Assembly: GCA_038496445.1 (NCBI GenBank)
Contig: JALMLS010000232.1
Span: 186,001 to 250,000 of the forward strand
Source: Trichosphaerium sp. ATCC 40318
Lineage: Eukaryota > Protista > Tubulinea
Direction: 5' to 3'
DNA: 64,000 bases
Shown here: piece after piece, positions 13,101 to 24,726 of the stretch
Position numbering within the stretch: position 1 is the first letter of the stretch
How the letters are laid out: every line of letters starts with the position of its first letter
Translations under genes and position numbers: made by a program
The notes under the pieces: model-generated
Seen by the model: the letters and a program-made list of their open reading frames with translations, nothing else
Databases searched by the model: none
Told to the model about the DNA's origin: nothing

Positions 13101-13758
13101 ATGGAATTAGGCGTTGGAATGTTATTGCAAGCAATTGTCGTACACTAAACTACTCAGCTTTCTTTGATGAAGAATCCTTGGATCGTTGTGATTTTGATGG
13201 AACTCTTCATGTAAGCTATGTAGCCCCTTATGATAGCAACAATGTTGATGCAGGTCTTGATGTTCAAAACTTTGAGACTGAACTTGAACGTATGTCAATT
13301 TACAAAAACGGAGTATGTTTAACATTGTGCTAGCTGAGGATAGAGAACCATTAATGCTCTCATTCTACTTGAAGCCAAAGGGTATTCTTCAAACCGGTGT
13401 ACCTGAAAGTGCAGCAGATGCTCTTCGTGATGCTGTCGCAGAGGCCTATGGTGTAAGTCCAAATGATGTAGCACCAATCTGTGCCGATGGTAACTGCCAT
13501 ATTCTCCTTGCTACTCCGGTTACGGAAGAATCACCAGCGGCAACAACATCTATTATATTGCAAATGAGTTATCACGGTTTGGTAGCAAGCAGCGGTAAGA
13601 ATCTACTTGGTAAGCAACGAACTTATTAATCGTTTCTTTTAGAATCGCACTTCCATACGATTTCAGGGAATCACACTGTACAGCAATCAAATTCAAAGAC
13701 AAATACCCCCGTTTTAGTAGTGCTGATGCTACTTGCGTTTTCTTATTTCTTGTTATAA
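10187..13758 (+). CDS. Secreted trypsin-like (S1, lysyl-endopeptidase-like) serine protease with VWD and EGF-like domains, probable GPI signal
   Basis: Signal peptide; catalytic motifs [23 protein letters not shown]; [15 protein letters not shown] and VQGLLGTWD; [21 protein letters not shown]; hydrophobic C-terminus, TAA 13756-13758. Confidence 0.88.
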
Positions 13759-13880
13759 TCCTGCAAATAAAGGTTTACCTTTCCTTTCATATTCCTATTC
13801 TTATTTTTCAAAAAAACTGTGACGAATTTGCGCTTGGGCTTTCAATGTGGCGTATTTATTTTTGGTGCTTATCAACGACT

Positions 13881-16477
13881 TCATTTTTGTCTATTTTTTC
13901 TTGAGTATGGCATTATCTCCTCACGCAAAGAAGGAACCATTAAAACAATAATCGTAGTTGCAACTACAATCTAAATCCTACATTCAGAACAACACATGAT
14001 TGTTAGTTACTTACTATGAATGCAAGTCCAAGAATGACACCAAGAATGATACCCAACTTGGAATTGCTACACCTCTCAGTATCAAATATCACGTGAAATC
14101 TAAAATGCCATCAGTCCCAAACTTTGATAAGACAAACTGATACACTTGCCTGTTTCCATCATGTTCTTGAGAAGTTGAGGTACACTCATCAGCACCAACG
14201 ACAATGACTGTTCCATTGACGCATGTGCTTTCAATGATAGGTATACGATTGGATGATGACGTATCAACATTTGATACATCAACAGTGAAGTTACCGAGAA
14301 AAACACATCCTTTAAACAACGAGTGAGTAAAAAGTGAGAAAATGATCGGGAATGTTTTTTTGAAGAGATTGACTCACCTGTGACTTTGATCTTTGCGTTA
14401 TCATTCAATATTAAGGTCACTTTCCCATTATTTGTAAAGTCTCCATTAACAAAGGTCTCTCTATTGATCACAACATTGCCAACGATTACTACATCTGAGC
14501 TGCAATTAGAAACGATACTACAGCCATCGGTTTCACATATGAGACATGAAGCTTCATCTATTGGTGCAGCTTCATCTACTGGTGAAGCTTCATCTACTGG
14601 TGCAACTTCAGTGGGACTTTCGACAGGTGTACTACCTTATATACAAACGTTAATCTCTTTTGTTTGAGATTGTGTAAAAGGAATTAAAAAACATACCGCC
14701 GACCACTGGTTCCATAGGTCTGATCATCGCTCCACCACAGGGGTGGTCATACAAATAGTTTGCAAAGTCAAAAGTAGCTAGTTGATTTTAATCATTGTAG
14801 CGGGGAGTTGATAAACGTACAATTACAACATTTACCCTTGGCACAGAATGTAGGTGTTGTACAATTAGTTTTGATAAAAAAGACCCCGTTTTCTATAAAG
14901 TGTTATTATGGTGATAGTCAGTTCATATTTAACTGTTGGCGAATAGATATGGACTGCCAGGATTGCAAATAATCCCAACGTCTGCATTAATAGCTACAAA
15001 TGATTTAGAGTAGGAATAGAACAAAGCAGCGTACGTTTCATAAAAACGTCTCTGAAAAGGAAATTAGAAGAACAAAGTATATTTCTACTTACTCAATATC
15101 AGCACCAAGTGTAGAGCTGTTCCATACCAGCGTTAGAGGTGATAAAAATAGATAGCGTATTGTACCTTAATGATATGGCGCTAAAAATATTAGTATTGGT
15201 AACTTCTCATGGAAATAAAAAAAAAACAACATACAGTGATGAACAATTGTTTCTTTCAAAAACAGATGCTCGTACTGTAACCTGGTTCGCATTCACAATA
15301 TCCACTATACATCCTATGCTTGTTATTAGTTGCGTACAAAGTTCCTATCGTTCAAACATTTAAATGCAAATAGGTACCTAAGATGTCGCTAGAAGTACCG
15401 GTATAGTAAAGAATATTTTCCACAAAAACAGTGCTATCAATTTCCGCCGTATCAATATTGCGCGCTTTGATAATTCCGGTAAAATTGCCTTTTCGAGGGT
15501 TACTGGACATTGACACATCTTACGTACAGTTCAATGAATGAATAGTATTATTTTTAAAAAGAGAGCCTTTGATACTCAGCTACAAGCAAAAATAAATCAA
15601 TTCGTTTGGTATCACGTGATTGCATTTACCTTTCCTGTTTGTTTGTTGATTAAGCTATTGGATGGACATGTTGTACCAACAGCAGCTTCATTAATAGTAT
15701 TGTTTTCGAATATGCAGTTGGCAATAATAGCCTCATTGCTGTTCGTCAATAGTAGATCTCGTTGAATTGTGTTTCCAATAAAATTTGTGTTCGAGATTAG
15801 AACTGTGTCCCTACGCTCAATAAACATATTTACCACAAGAGCATTGAATTTACGCATTCAAATTAAGTATCTGAGGAGACATATCACCCAGAGCGATTGT
15901 ACTGAAGCTACACGACCTAAACGACCGTAAGTTAAAAGTTAATCATGGTTAAAAGACTTGCTCTAGTGTTAGCACGTTTACATTGTCCACTTTCATTGGA
16001 CATTTGATGTCAACGCCTCTGATTGTCAAGCTATGATTGTTTCCACGGACGACAAAGTTGATATTTGAGCATGTGATACCCGGCAGAGACGAGGAAGGAA
16101 AATCAGTACATGCCGTGTCTAAAAAAACATGAAAAGGGATGAAATGAATTCGTTGTAAAATGGATCTCGCTTAAATTTGTTTGCAGTACATTACGTACCT
16201 GCTATCATTTCTTTGTCTCCTAGCAGTGTTATTATCCTTGGCGCTACAAACTTCATTTGAGATAAAATTATAACCTCGTCTGGTAGGCTCATGTAACAAG
16301 CCAATTTGTTTTTACACCTGTGAGCAAGCGAAGCCTGAATGGCTAAATAAAAATAAGATAAAATAGATTTTGTTTTAGAAAGCACAAAAGTGCTTAAAAG
16401 GTACCCTTACGCTTTGTTTGAGCGAGTACGGTACAACCTAAAAACAACACTATTGTAAAAGTCCATATTGATGCCAT
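13881..16477 (-). CDS. Type I membrane protein with probable beta-helix (pectin-lyase-like) ectodomain
   Basis: Signal MASIWTFTIVLFL; repeats such as ISNTNFIGN and IANCIFENN; 18-bp VEEAS/APV stalk repeats ~14550-14610; C-terminal TM followed by VPSLREEIMPYSRK. Confidence 0.7.
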
Positions 16478-17064
16478 GGCTGCGCCTGTTTTCCAGTATT
16501 GCTTTTTAGTTACGAACTACAAAAAGCTACAGTCAAATTACGTCACGTGCACAACCAAAGGGTAGGGAAGTTCTGCCACGTGCTTGTGAATATTTCCTGA
16601 CTTACAATCGAAGATATTTTGGCACGCGACACATTTTACCACAATATGGATAAAAATTCACTCAGTGGATTCTTTGATTTCCAGTTTTAATTTAACACTA
16701 TTCGAGTATGGAAAGCGAATGCAAGCTAATACAGAGCACTGTTCGCTTTCATATGTGCCCGTCCCTTCGCTCAGGACAAGAACCCGACCTTTGCTTAGCT
16801 CAAAATGTCATCCATTGGTGGGTATGGCAGTACAAAGACCAAAATCCACTTGACAAAATCGTATGTCTACAATATTTTGTTGAGGCAATTGGTTGTACAT
16901 TAATGCACTTTGCAAATACAGGCTTGCCTCTAACCCAAGTACCACATCAAATTATTCCACTATTAGACAACAAAACTATTTCACTCCTTTAACGGGCAAG
17001 TGTTTTTGTTGGTTTTAATTGAAAACTGTTGTTCGGGTCAATCCCAGTGTACTCAAACAATAAC

Positions 17065-17212
17065 ATGAAGACAACGTGGTCAGGCGTTCTTTGTATCACG
17101 TGGTTGCATGCGTACACAAACGTTTGGCAGGTTCAATGACAATATGGAATACCCAACCAAATACAATGTGCTATGGTATATATCGACAGTACAAGTAATG
17201 CGCTTTCAACGT
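17065..17212 (+). pseudogene. Frameshifted copy of exon 1 of the gene at 1267
   Basis: Shares ttgcatgcgtacaca, ggttcaat, atatggaatacc, aaccaaatacaat, gtgcta.ggtatata with 1267-1420 but carries indels. Confidence 0.75.
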
Positions 17213-17372
17213 TTATTGTGTGCTACATCAATTTCTATAGGTTACCGTCAATTGCTAGTTTGTAATACGTTACAGTTAGTTTCTTTCAATCAAACAAAGG
17301 AAATCAGTAAGTCTACTGAAAGTCATGGCAATTCAAGAACAGTTACACGTGACAACATTTATTGCTTAAAAT

Positions 17373-18023
17373 ATGGATATAAACCTAAAGTACTCCTTTA
17401 TCTAGGTATTCATCGCTAATTTTTGTACTAGAAAGAAAAGATATATACCAATTCGCTCTAAAAGATGTCTGTTAGATCTCCCCGTTGAGCTACTTCTTAA
17501 TATTGCCGATTTAGACTTTGAAGTATACTTTAAATGGCCCGTCCTATCAAAACGTGCAGCAGTGACTACTAGATTTGATAGTAAAATGAGAAAACACGGG
17601 AAATGGATGGTACAACGCTATAGGGAAAAACCCGCAAAACAATGTGACATCAACCAAGTTAGATCTGTATTTTCATACTACAAGAATCATTACTTAGTGG
17701 CTCAAGTATGTTTTAGACATGACAAGCTTCATGGAGTGTTGAAACGTTGGTATGAAACCGGTCAAATACAAGAAGTGTCTGAATATGTTGATGGTTTGAT
17801 ACATGGGCTTTGTAGAAAGTGGTTTGCCAGTGGACAATTAAAGTGGCATTCTACTTATGTCAATGGCATACAACATGGGGAAATCAAGTGTTGGCACGAG
17901 GCTGGACAACTTAAGTCAGAATGCCATTGTGTCAATGGTATAAAAGAAGGAGAGCTTAAAGAGTGGGACAAGCATGGTCGATTAAAACAGCAATCTTTGT
18001 ATCAAAATGGAGTAAAGAGTTAG
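17373..18023 (+). CDS. F-box-like + MORN-variant (YwqK-like) repeat protein
   Basis: ATG 17373 and a 42-nt intron 17390-17431 give MDINLKKKRYIPIRSKRCLLDLPVELLLNIAD, then HG/EG..K.W..SGQL repeats to TAG 18023. Confidence 0.85.
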
Positions 18024-18095
18024 TAACAATAATGGTTTGTTAAGAGAACGCGTTAATACAGGGTGGTTTACAGTTAAGCATCTATGTGTGTTGTT

Positions 18096-18752
18096 TCATT
18101 GTCTCAACCCCATAACATATAAAGCTTCATCACACAACTCACCTTTTTCATTCCACGACTTGAGTTTTCCATCCATTAGTCCACAAGATCTGTAGCAGTG
18201 CCTACGTAATATACCTGTTTTGTAAAACGATTTGTATTCACCTTCAAGTCTATCGTTGTAGTAAGTACTGTGTTCTTTCAATTTACCATTTCTATACCAT
18301 CGTTTGAACACTCCTTCTAGCTTGTCATTGACATAATAGCAAATCCCTTCCTTCACCCCATTTGAGTACCAATCTTTCCATTCTCCTTCAAGTGCACCAG
18401 CAACATAATAACATTGATGTTCCAATTGACCATTACTGTACCACCCTTTCCATTCTCCGTCTTTTTCACCGTTGACATAGGTACCTTGTATATAGATTTG
18501 ACCAGAACTTAACCAAAGCTTGTGTTCTCCATGGAGCTGGCCGTGCCTCCAGCTTTCCTGGCTGGCAATTTTTGAAACTGTTGTCATGTTGTATCTGAGC
18601 CATTTACGGTGTTTCTTCAAGTCATCATCAAACCTTGATGTAGTCGCTGTATATTTCGACAATAGTGGCCACTTGTAATACACTTCAAAGTCTGTATCGA
18701 TAATATCAAGTTGTAATTCAAAAGGAAGACTTACAAGCATACATGTATTCAT
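18096..18752 (-). CDS. F-box-like + MORN-variant repeat protein (paralog, uninterrupted ORF)
   Basis: LVSLPFELQLDIIDTDFEVYYKWP matches the paralog; about six GEWKGWYSNGQL-type repeats. Confidence 0.88.
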   Translation of the reverse strand: MNTCMLVSLPFELQLDIIDTDFEVYYKWPLLSKYTATTSRFDDDLKKHRKWLRYNMTTVSKIASQESWRHGQLHGEHKLWLSSGQIYIQGTYVNGEKDGEWKGWYSNGQLEHQCYYVAGALEGEWKDWYSNGVKEGICYYVNDKLEGVFKRWYRNGKLKEHSTYYNDRLEGEYKSFYKTGILRRHCYRSCGLMDGKLKSWNEKGELCDEALYVMGLRQ

Positions 18753-19081
18753 CTTCTTCTTTGTAACGACCAAACAGGCTGTTCACGCAATTAATCTTAT
18801 TATTATCTTATACCAATTGGAGATATGTACTCTTTCGATAATTTTACCATACAAAACGAGAGAAACCCTTGTTTTAATGGGCTATTAAATTCAGCTGAGA
18901 TTATTTTGGCTAAAAAGTACTAGCAAAGTCAACTGTGTAAAAAACAGGCCAAGCCATTAACACGTGCTTGCTCAAACAGCTGACCATATGCTGCTACTCC
19001 GTTCCGGTCATGTTTCCAAAATCGTGCTCAGATGTTGGTTGTCGTTAATGTAAATTGGTAAATAGGCATTTATTAGGTTTG

Positions 19082-20086
19082 TTATATGTGTAACTCAGAA
19101 GCTAGTTTTGACAACACCACATCACATGGTGCATGCACAACTAGATCAGCAATACCATCTTTTGGAGTGTTTTGGTTGTTTACAATAACGATTTTACCCG
19201 TTGGAAAATACTCGTCACCTTCCGAGTCGTGACAATAATCTATCAAGTCTACGGCACCAGCTACAGATAGACTACTACCAAGTACTAACATAACATCTGC
19301 TTTGATCGCATTACTCCATGCTACATCATACACAGCTTCTAAAGACGGTACATGCTCGACAGTATTACCAAAATTGAAAATAATATCTCTTGTATCTCCT
19401 CCGCACTCCTCACATTTCTTTCCTGTTTTATGCTCGAAATGACCTACGCTAGGATTCCTCACATAGTAATCTCTGTAATACTGTTTAAGACATACAGAGC
19501 ACTCTTCAACAAAGAGGTTACCGTGAATTTCAGAAATTTCAGATATTTCAAAACCGACCTTAAAAAAAACACGTGTTATTTGATGACGCTTTTGGACATT
19601 AACGCACCTTTCTGAACAAACCATCAACGTTTGTTGTTATTATGTGCTTAAGAAGCCCAGCCCTGGTAAGGTTGAGAAGAATCTTATGACCTAAAGTTGG
19701 AGCGGCTGAAACAAGGAGATTCTTGATTTTTGCAGAGTCAATAGCTTCTCCTTTCACACGTTTAGTCCACACGCCATTAGGAGACCTATAATCAGGAATA
19801 CCAGAAGCTTGATGCATAAACTATTAATACACGTATTGTAACACCGCAAAAGTGCGTAAATATAAAGCGTACATGTACTTATACCAGCGCCAGTGTATAC
19901 TATGGCATGTTGAGCGTTTTTTATCAAAGCAGCGAGTTTTTTTACTTTTCTATCTATTTCTTCGTCGCTGTCCTTAAATTCGGTATGATAATCGACACTG
20001 CTCGGTTCAGGAGCATTCCTGAGGTTATTTTGTGTGTATTTTTTAAAAGCCTTGTATTCCTCGGCAGCTTGTTCGCCCTGATCCAT
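19082..20086 (-). CDS. NAD-dependent deacetylase, class IV sirtuin (SIRT6/7-like)
   Basis: YTGAGIST/ASGIPDYRSPNGVWT, TTNVDGL, EIHGN, two CxxC Zn pairs, LGSSL, VNNQNTPKD; two introns. Confidence 0.93.
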
Positions 20087-20615
20087 GGGTATGATACTAT
20101 AACGTTATTCAACGTATTAGTAATTAATGCGTTTGTGTGCCTTAACAAAAATACTGCGTCATTAAGAGAATTTATCTGTATTATTTCTTAATCTTGTTTC
20201 TGTCCTCCACGCATTTTCTCAGCTGCGTTTCTAATTAACATTAAATACATACGCATCGAGACGGCATTTAGTGAGTGTCATATCTCAAGAAATGCGGCAA
20301 CTAAAGTGAACTGCACAAGTGAAAACCTTTTTTTTCAGATAAAATGTACCACAATAATAAATTGGTTGATAGTAAGGACTAGTTGGCCATTCATGGATTA
20401 ATACAAATTACATACTTATTCAAATCTTTTAAACAGGAGCCTACATTTGTCATAGACCAGGCGCGTTTGATAAAAAACGTGATTCTAGCTAAGAACGAAC
20501 ATTTACCTTTGTAGCTCAAAGTCCACTGGAAAGCTCTATGCGAGTGGCAAAGAACCAAGCAGCTTTATATTGTTTTTATTACTTCTTTTTCATACACAAC
20601 ACAATATTTGTAGCG

Positions 20616-21071
20616 CTACAGCATCACAGAAACAAAGACAATAATTGCAAATAATATCAATACTAAAATGAGTTGGTTCCAATTGATACAATAGTTAAAA
20701 CCCACGTTGGTGAATGTAGAACTAACACAGAGCGAATCTGTTGGGAGTATAGGATTGTAAGTGCTGTTTGATGAAACTTTTCTTGACGAATACTGTGCAT
20801 TATTCAAAGGAGTAGTGTTTGTTGTCGGAGCAAATGTAGTGTTAATTGATGGCGAGAAAGTAGTATTTGATTTTGCCGTAGTAGTTAGAAATGTATTGTT
20901 TCTGTTTGTTCTTCTCAGCTGTTTTGGCGTTTGGCGCTTAGGTCTATTGGCAATTGTAATGTGACCTGATCTTCGAATTCTTGTATAGCGATCACGTGCT
21001 GAAGATACTGATACAATAATAGATATCATTGAGAAGAAGCATACCACGGACATCATGTGTTTCAGAACCAT
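20616..21071 (-). CDS. Small intronless Ser/Thr/Asn-rich protein with signal peptide and C-terminal TM/GPI segment
   Basis: 151-aa ORF with hydrophobic N- and C-termini and several NxT/S sequons. Confidence 0.65.
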   Translation of the reverse strand: MVLKHMMSVVCFFSMISIIVSVSSARDRYTRIRRSGHITIANRPKRQTPKQLRRTNRNNTFLTTTAKSNTTFSPSINTTFAPTTNTTPLNNAQYSSRKVSSNSTYNPILPTDSLCVSSTFTNVGFNYCINWNQLILVLILFAIIVFVSVML

Positions 21072-22617
21072 GTTCAGGATAACAAGCTTCTAATGGCGGA
21101 TACTTTGTGCTATATTAGTTGCTCACTTAACAATGCACTTTTTTTTAGAATCACTTGAACCTCTAAGTAGTATTGAATCCCAAAAATTCTCGGTACATAA
21201 TTACCCTTGTTGTTTACATCCTTGGGTACTTCAATAAAAAGCACTACGTTGACGAGACACTACGGAGATTACCCAAATGTTTATGTTTTCTCCGAAGAGT
21301 CAAGTAAAGATTGTAGCTGATAATATGAACCTACAACCTCACAGAAACCTTATAAATGATCTTGTATATGAAGCTTGAGCCAATGTAAAGTTTGGGTTCA
21401 TCTTTCTGTAGACAAAAGATTTATGTCTTAGTACATAACCATAAATAATAATAAAGCTGTGTCTATTAACGTGTGACTGCCATTACCCAATTGATGACAT
21501 TTTGTTAAAGTCGGGGTTTTGTCCCGAAAGCGAACAGGGCTATAAATTCGCGTACATTGCCTGTCCGAAACTCAAATTGTTTTGAAGAAAACTGGGAAGA
21601 CAAAGAATCACGTGTTTTTTTCCTTCAATTATCCCAAAAAAAAAGCTGAGTGGATCATTTTTCATTTTGTATTTTAAAGTTAAGCACGTGATGAAAATTT
21701 TAACTAACCTCCGAAAATAAATATTTTCTGAGAAGGTGGTCGTGTCTCTACTGGCAATTGCCAAAAGTTTCAAAATTTAGTTCACATACCAAGAACTTTA
21801 TAATATGCGACTTCAGGTAGCTTATATACGTGTTCTATTATCCTTGAAAATGCATTAATGCTACAAGGAAACACGCTATACGGAACCAGGATAGCAATTT
21901 ATACATGCACAAACGCCATCAAAGTACTTTTAATCCTAAATTAAAGAGGATAATACTTGCTTCCTATAGATTACGTTCTTTGTAGACTCGCAACTTAGGT
22001 GGCATAAGGAATACTATCCACAGAAACTGTCATGTTGGAAAGGCTCCTACAGCGACATAGGCATGAAAGCTCCTACAATCCTTTAAATATGTAGTGCATT
22101 AAAACAATCTTGACGCTATCTCACGGGTGAGGTGAACGAAGGCAGTGTATTCAACGCGGTTAATAGTCAATTCGCAGGTAGAGCCATCGCACTGGATAGT
22201 AGAATAACAATTGTCAGGTCATCAACACTATTCTTGTAACTTTGCAACCTTTACAAGTCCTTCTGCGTAACAGCAACTTAATGAGGCTAGTTGTAGCTAT
22301 TTACTGTGTCTAACCGAATCTACACTCATAAAAGAATAGCACTAAGTATACTTCGTATCTTCGAAAAAACGACAAAAGCTTACGCAATCTCAGAAATCAG
22401 GAACACATAGTCAGAATTATTGATCGTTTTCTTTCGCATTGGTGTTTCACGTGACATCATGTGTAAAATGGGTTTTTTACCGTGTGACGTGCTACAATAA
22501 ATCAATTGAATTCTTAAATACAACAATCATGAGCAACAATCCGTTTACGTAAGGTGCTTAGCGTAAAAACAGCCCAAGATGGCACAAATTGTACATTTAA
22601 TGACTGGATTTTGAAAT

Positions 22618-24370
22618 TTAGTTTGGCAAAGGCTGTAAGCACTGAGGAGTGATATGTTCGGAAATCTTTTGACAAGCAATTCCTTGGCTTTTTAGTGAAA
22701 ACCTGTCATACCCAGAATTGCTAACACAATTAGTTAGAGAATCTATAGATATTTAAATATGTACGGATCTGTAGTCTCGGGTCCCATTAAGCCATCATCC
22801 TCATTAGGTACTCCAATAGCTATCCCAATGCCCCAACCTATAGCTCGTCGTGTGTTTATTGCTGGATGACTTGACATTGTAAAGGCAGGCTATAGTGGAA
22901 AATCTTGGTTAATAAGAAATAAGTGAGAATACAAATGATTTGGCCACGTGTACCTTTGAACACAATTGTCCGGCACTTGATATTGTAGAGAATGTCCCAC
23001 AGTTATGAAATAATAAGCCTAGTACTGTAGTTCCACAACATTGAGGTATTTCATTGTACCACGACACTTTAAACTGATCAGTGGGGTCTTCGCAACCATT
23101 TACGCCACGTTCTTTGTTCCATGTCACTTTACCTTAAACAAAGAGCTCAGAACAACTTCTTAGTTGTGATTGCACCTCCAGTTGTATAGATAACAGCATT
23201 TTGAATTGTAAGGTGCAGTTTCTATAAATTATATTAACTACAAAGGCATATCAAAGGTGTTAAGAGTAGTCCAAAAATTGTATGGTGCAACAAGTGCTGA
23301 AAGAAATCCACGAAATATTATCGTTTGAATCGTACCACGTCAAGTTCAAACCAAACATTGAGAGCCATGATTGCTATTATCAAATCAACAAAGTAGAAAC
23401 GTAGTAGAAAGTACCTTCTACAATAAAACCTGCAGCTTTTTCTATAGTTCCATGAGCACGGAAGTACGCAACTGTTATTGCGACACTCTAAGTTCAACTA
23501 AGATACAACTGAATAGTATAAAGGCTTGCAAACGTACCAATGTAACCTCATGTATTTCCATTGGACACGTGTCTGGAGGAGGCGAAAGTGGTGCCTTGGC
23601 TCCAGTAGCTGGTCCTCTTTTCGAGCTTTCAACAGGTACATTGGATTCTCTACAATGTAGATGTAAGTAACAGTAGTTCAATATTGGTGGCAGTCACCTC
23701 AACAACAAGTGAGTACCATTTCCTATCATAGACTTGTGATGGGGATGCATGAAAGGAAGGTGTCTCATTTACAAAGTTAGAAAATGATGCTAATATTAAA
23801 AAGATCAAATACCTTTCAAGAGCATCCAAGAACAACCATTGACCTTCTTCAGATTGCCAGAAACCAGAGAAAGTACCATCAGAATATTTTGTAAGTCTAA
23901 AGTGTCGATGGTTTTTTCCAGTAGCCTTGAACGTATTTGAAGGAGCATCAATGAACGTTACGTTGTTTTCACCATGGATTGTAATCTAAAAGACAACAAT
24001 TAAATTGGATCACGTGATTGCCAGGTTGTATAGAAACGTAAAAAATAGGCTTTTGACACTTTCATAGACAATTTCTCCAAAAAAACCACTATACCTTCGT
24101 ATTCTTTGAGTATGGAGAATGGTTAACACAGATGAACTCCAATGTCGTATTGTAATCGAAATAAATTACAACTTGATGTTTTTCTGGTACAACTTGTTGA
24201 GGCTCATCCACGTGCGTCAAAGATACTTTCTTGCACATGAGTACAGTCAATAAAATGCGACAAGCCGTACTTTTCGCGAGAACTTCAAAGTCGTCCACGT
24301 TGTTCCAATACTCTTGATTGTATCCCCAAGAGAACACCGTAAAAATTAACACAACTAAAAAAGACGTTAT
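22618..24370 (-). pseudogene. Degenerate reprolysin/ADAM-like metzincin homolog, non-catalytic and possibly pseudogenised
   Basis: Signal-like ITSFLVVLIFTVFSWG begins at ATA, not ATG; GWGIGIAIGVPNE followed by GLMGP where HExxHxxGxxHD and the Met-turn are expected; ends RFSLKS...CLQP. Middle exons could not be joined in frame. Confidence 0.45.
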
Positions 24371-24726
24371 AATTTGAAATTAGCGATTACGAATACTCCG
24401 TATTGGCATCGTACACGTTATATAAGTATTCCACATGTTGGTTTTGACGGTTTACAATTTTAAAGCGAATTATATTCAGTCAACTAGTTTTCGTCATTTA
24501 TTTTTGAAAATGTGCTCTGCTGAGTACTACAACACAAACAAAGCTCCAGAGCAACAAAATACTAGTGGACTAACTGACTGAAACAATAAGCCACGTTCGA
24601 GCAAACGTTGCCTCGTTTATATTCTATGCCAGTGCTAGAAATCTCACAGATGATGTTCGCACCTCAATTAACAGATGGCAAAGGGTTTCTTTACATATCT
24701 CAAATTCTTTATTTTTTCTTTCTTTT

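Noticed and set aside
19082-20086. Functional clustering of the sirtuin with TERT
   Set aside because: Over 30 kb and many unrelated genes apart; no evidence of linkage.
21240-21300. HYVDET resembling a Tc1/IS630 DDE motif
   Set aside because: A single short word in a stop-riddled frame, with no terminal inverted repeats.
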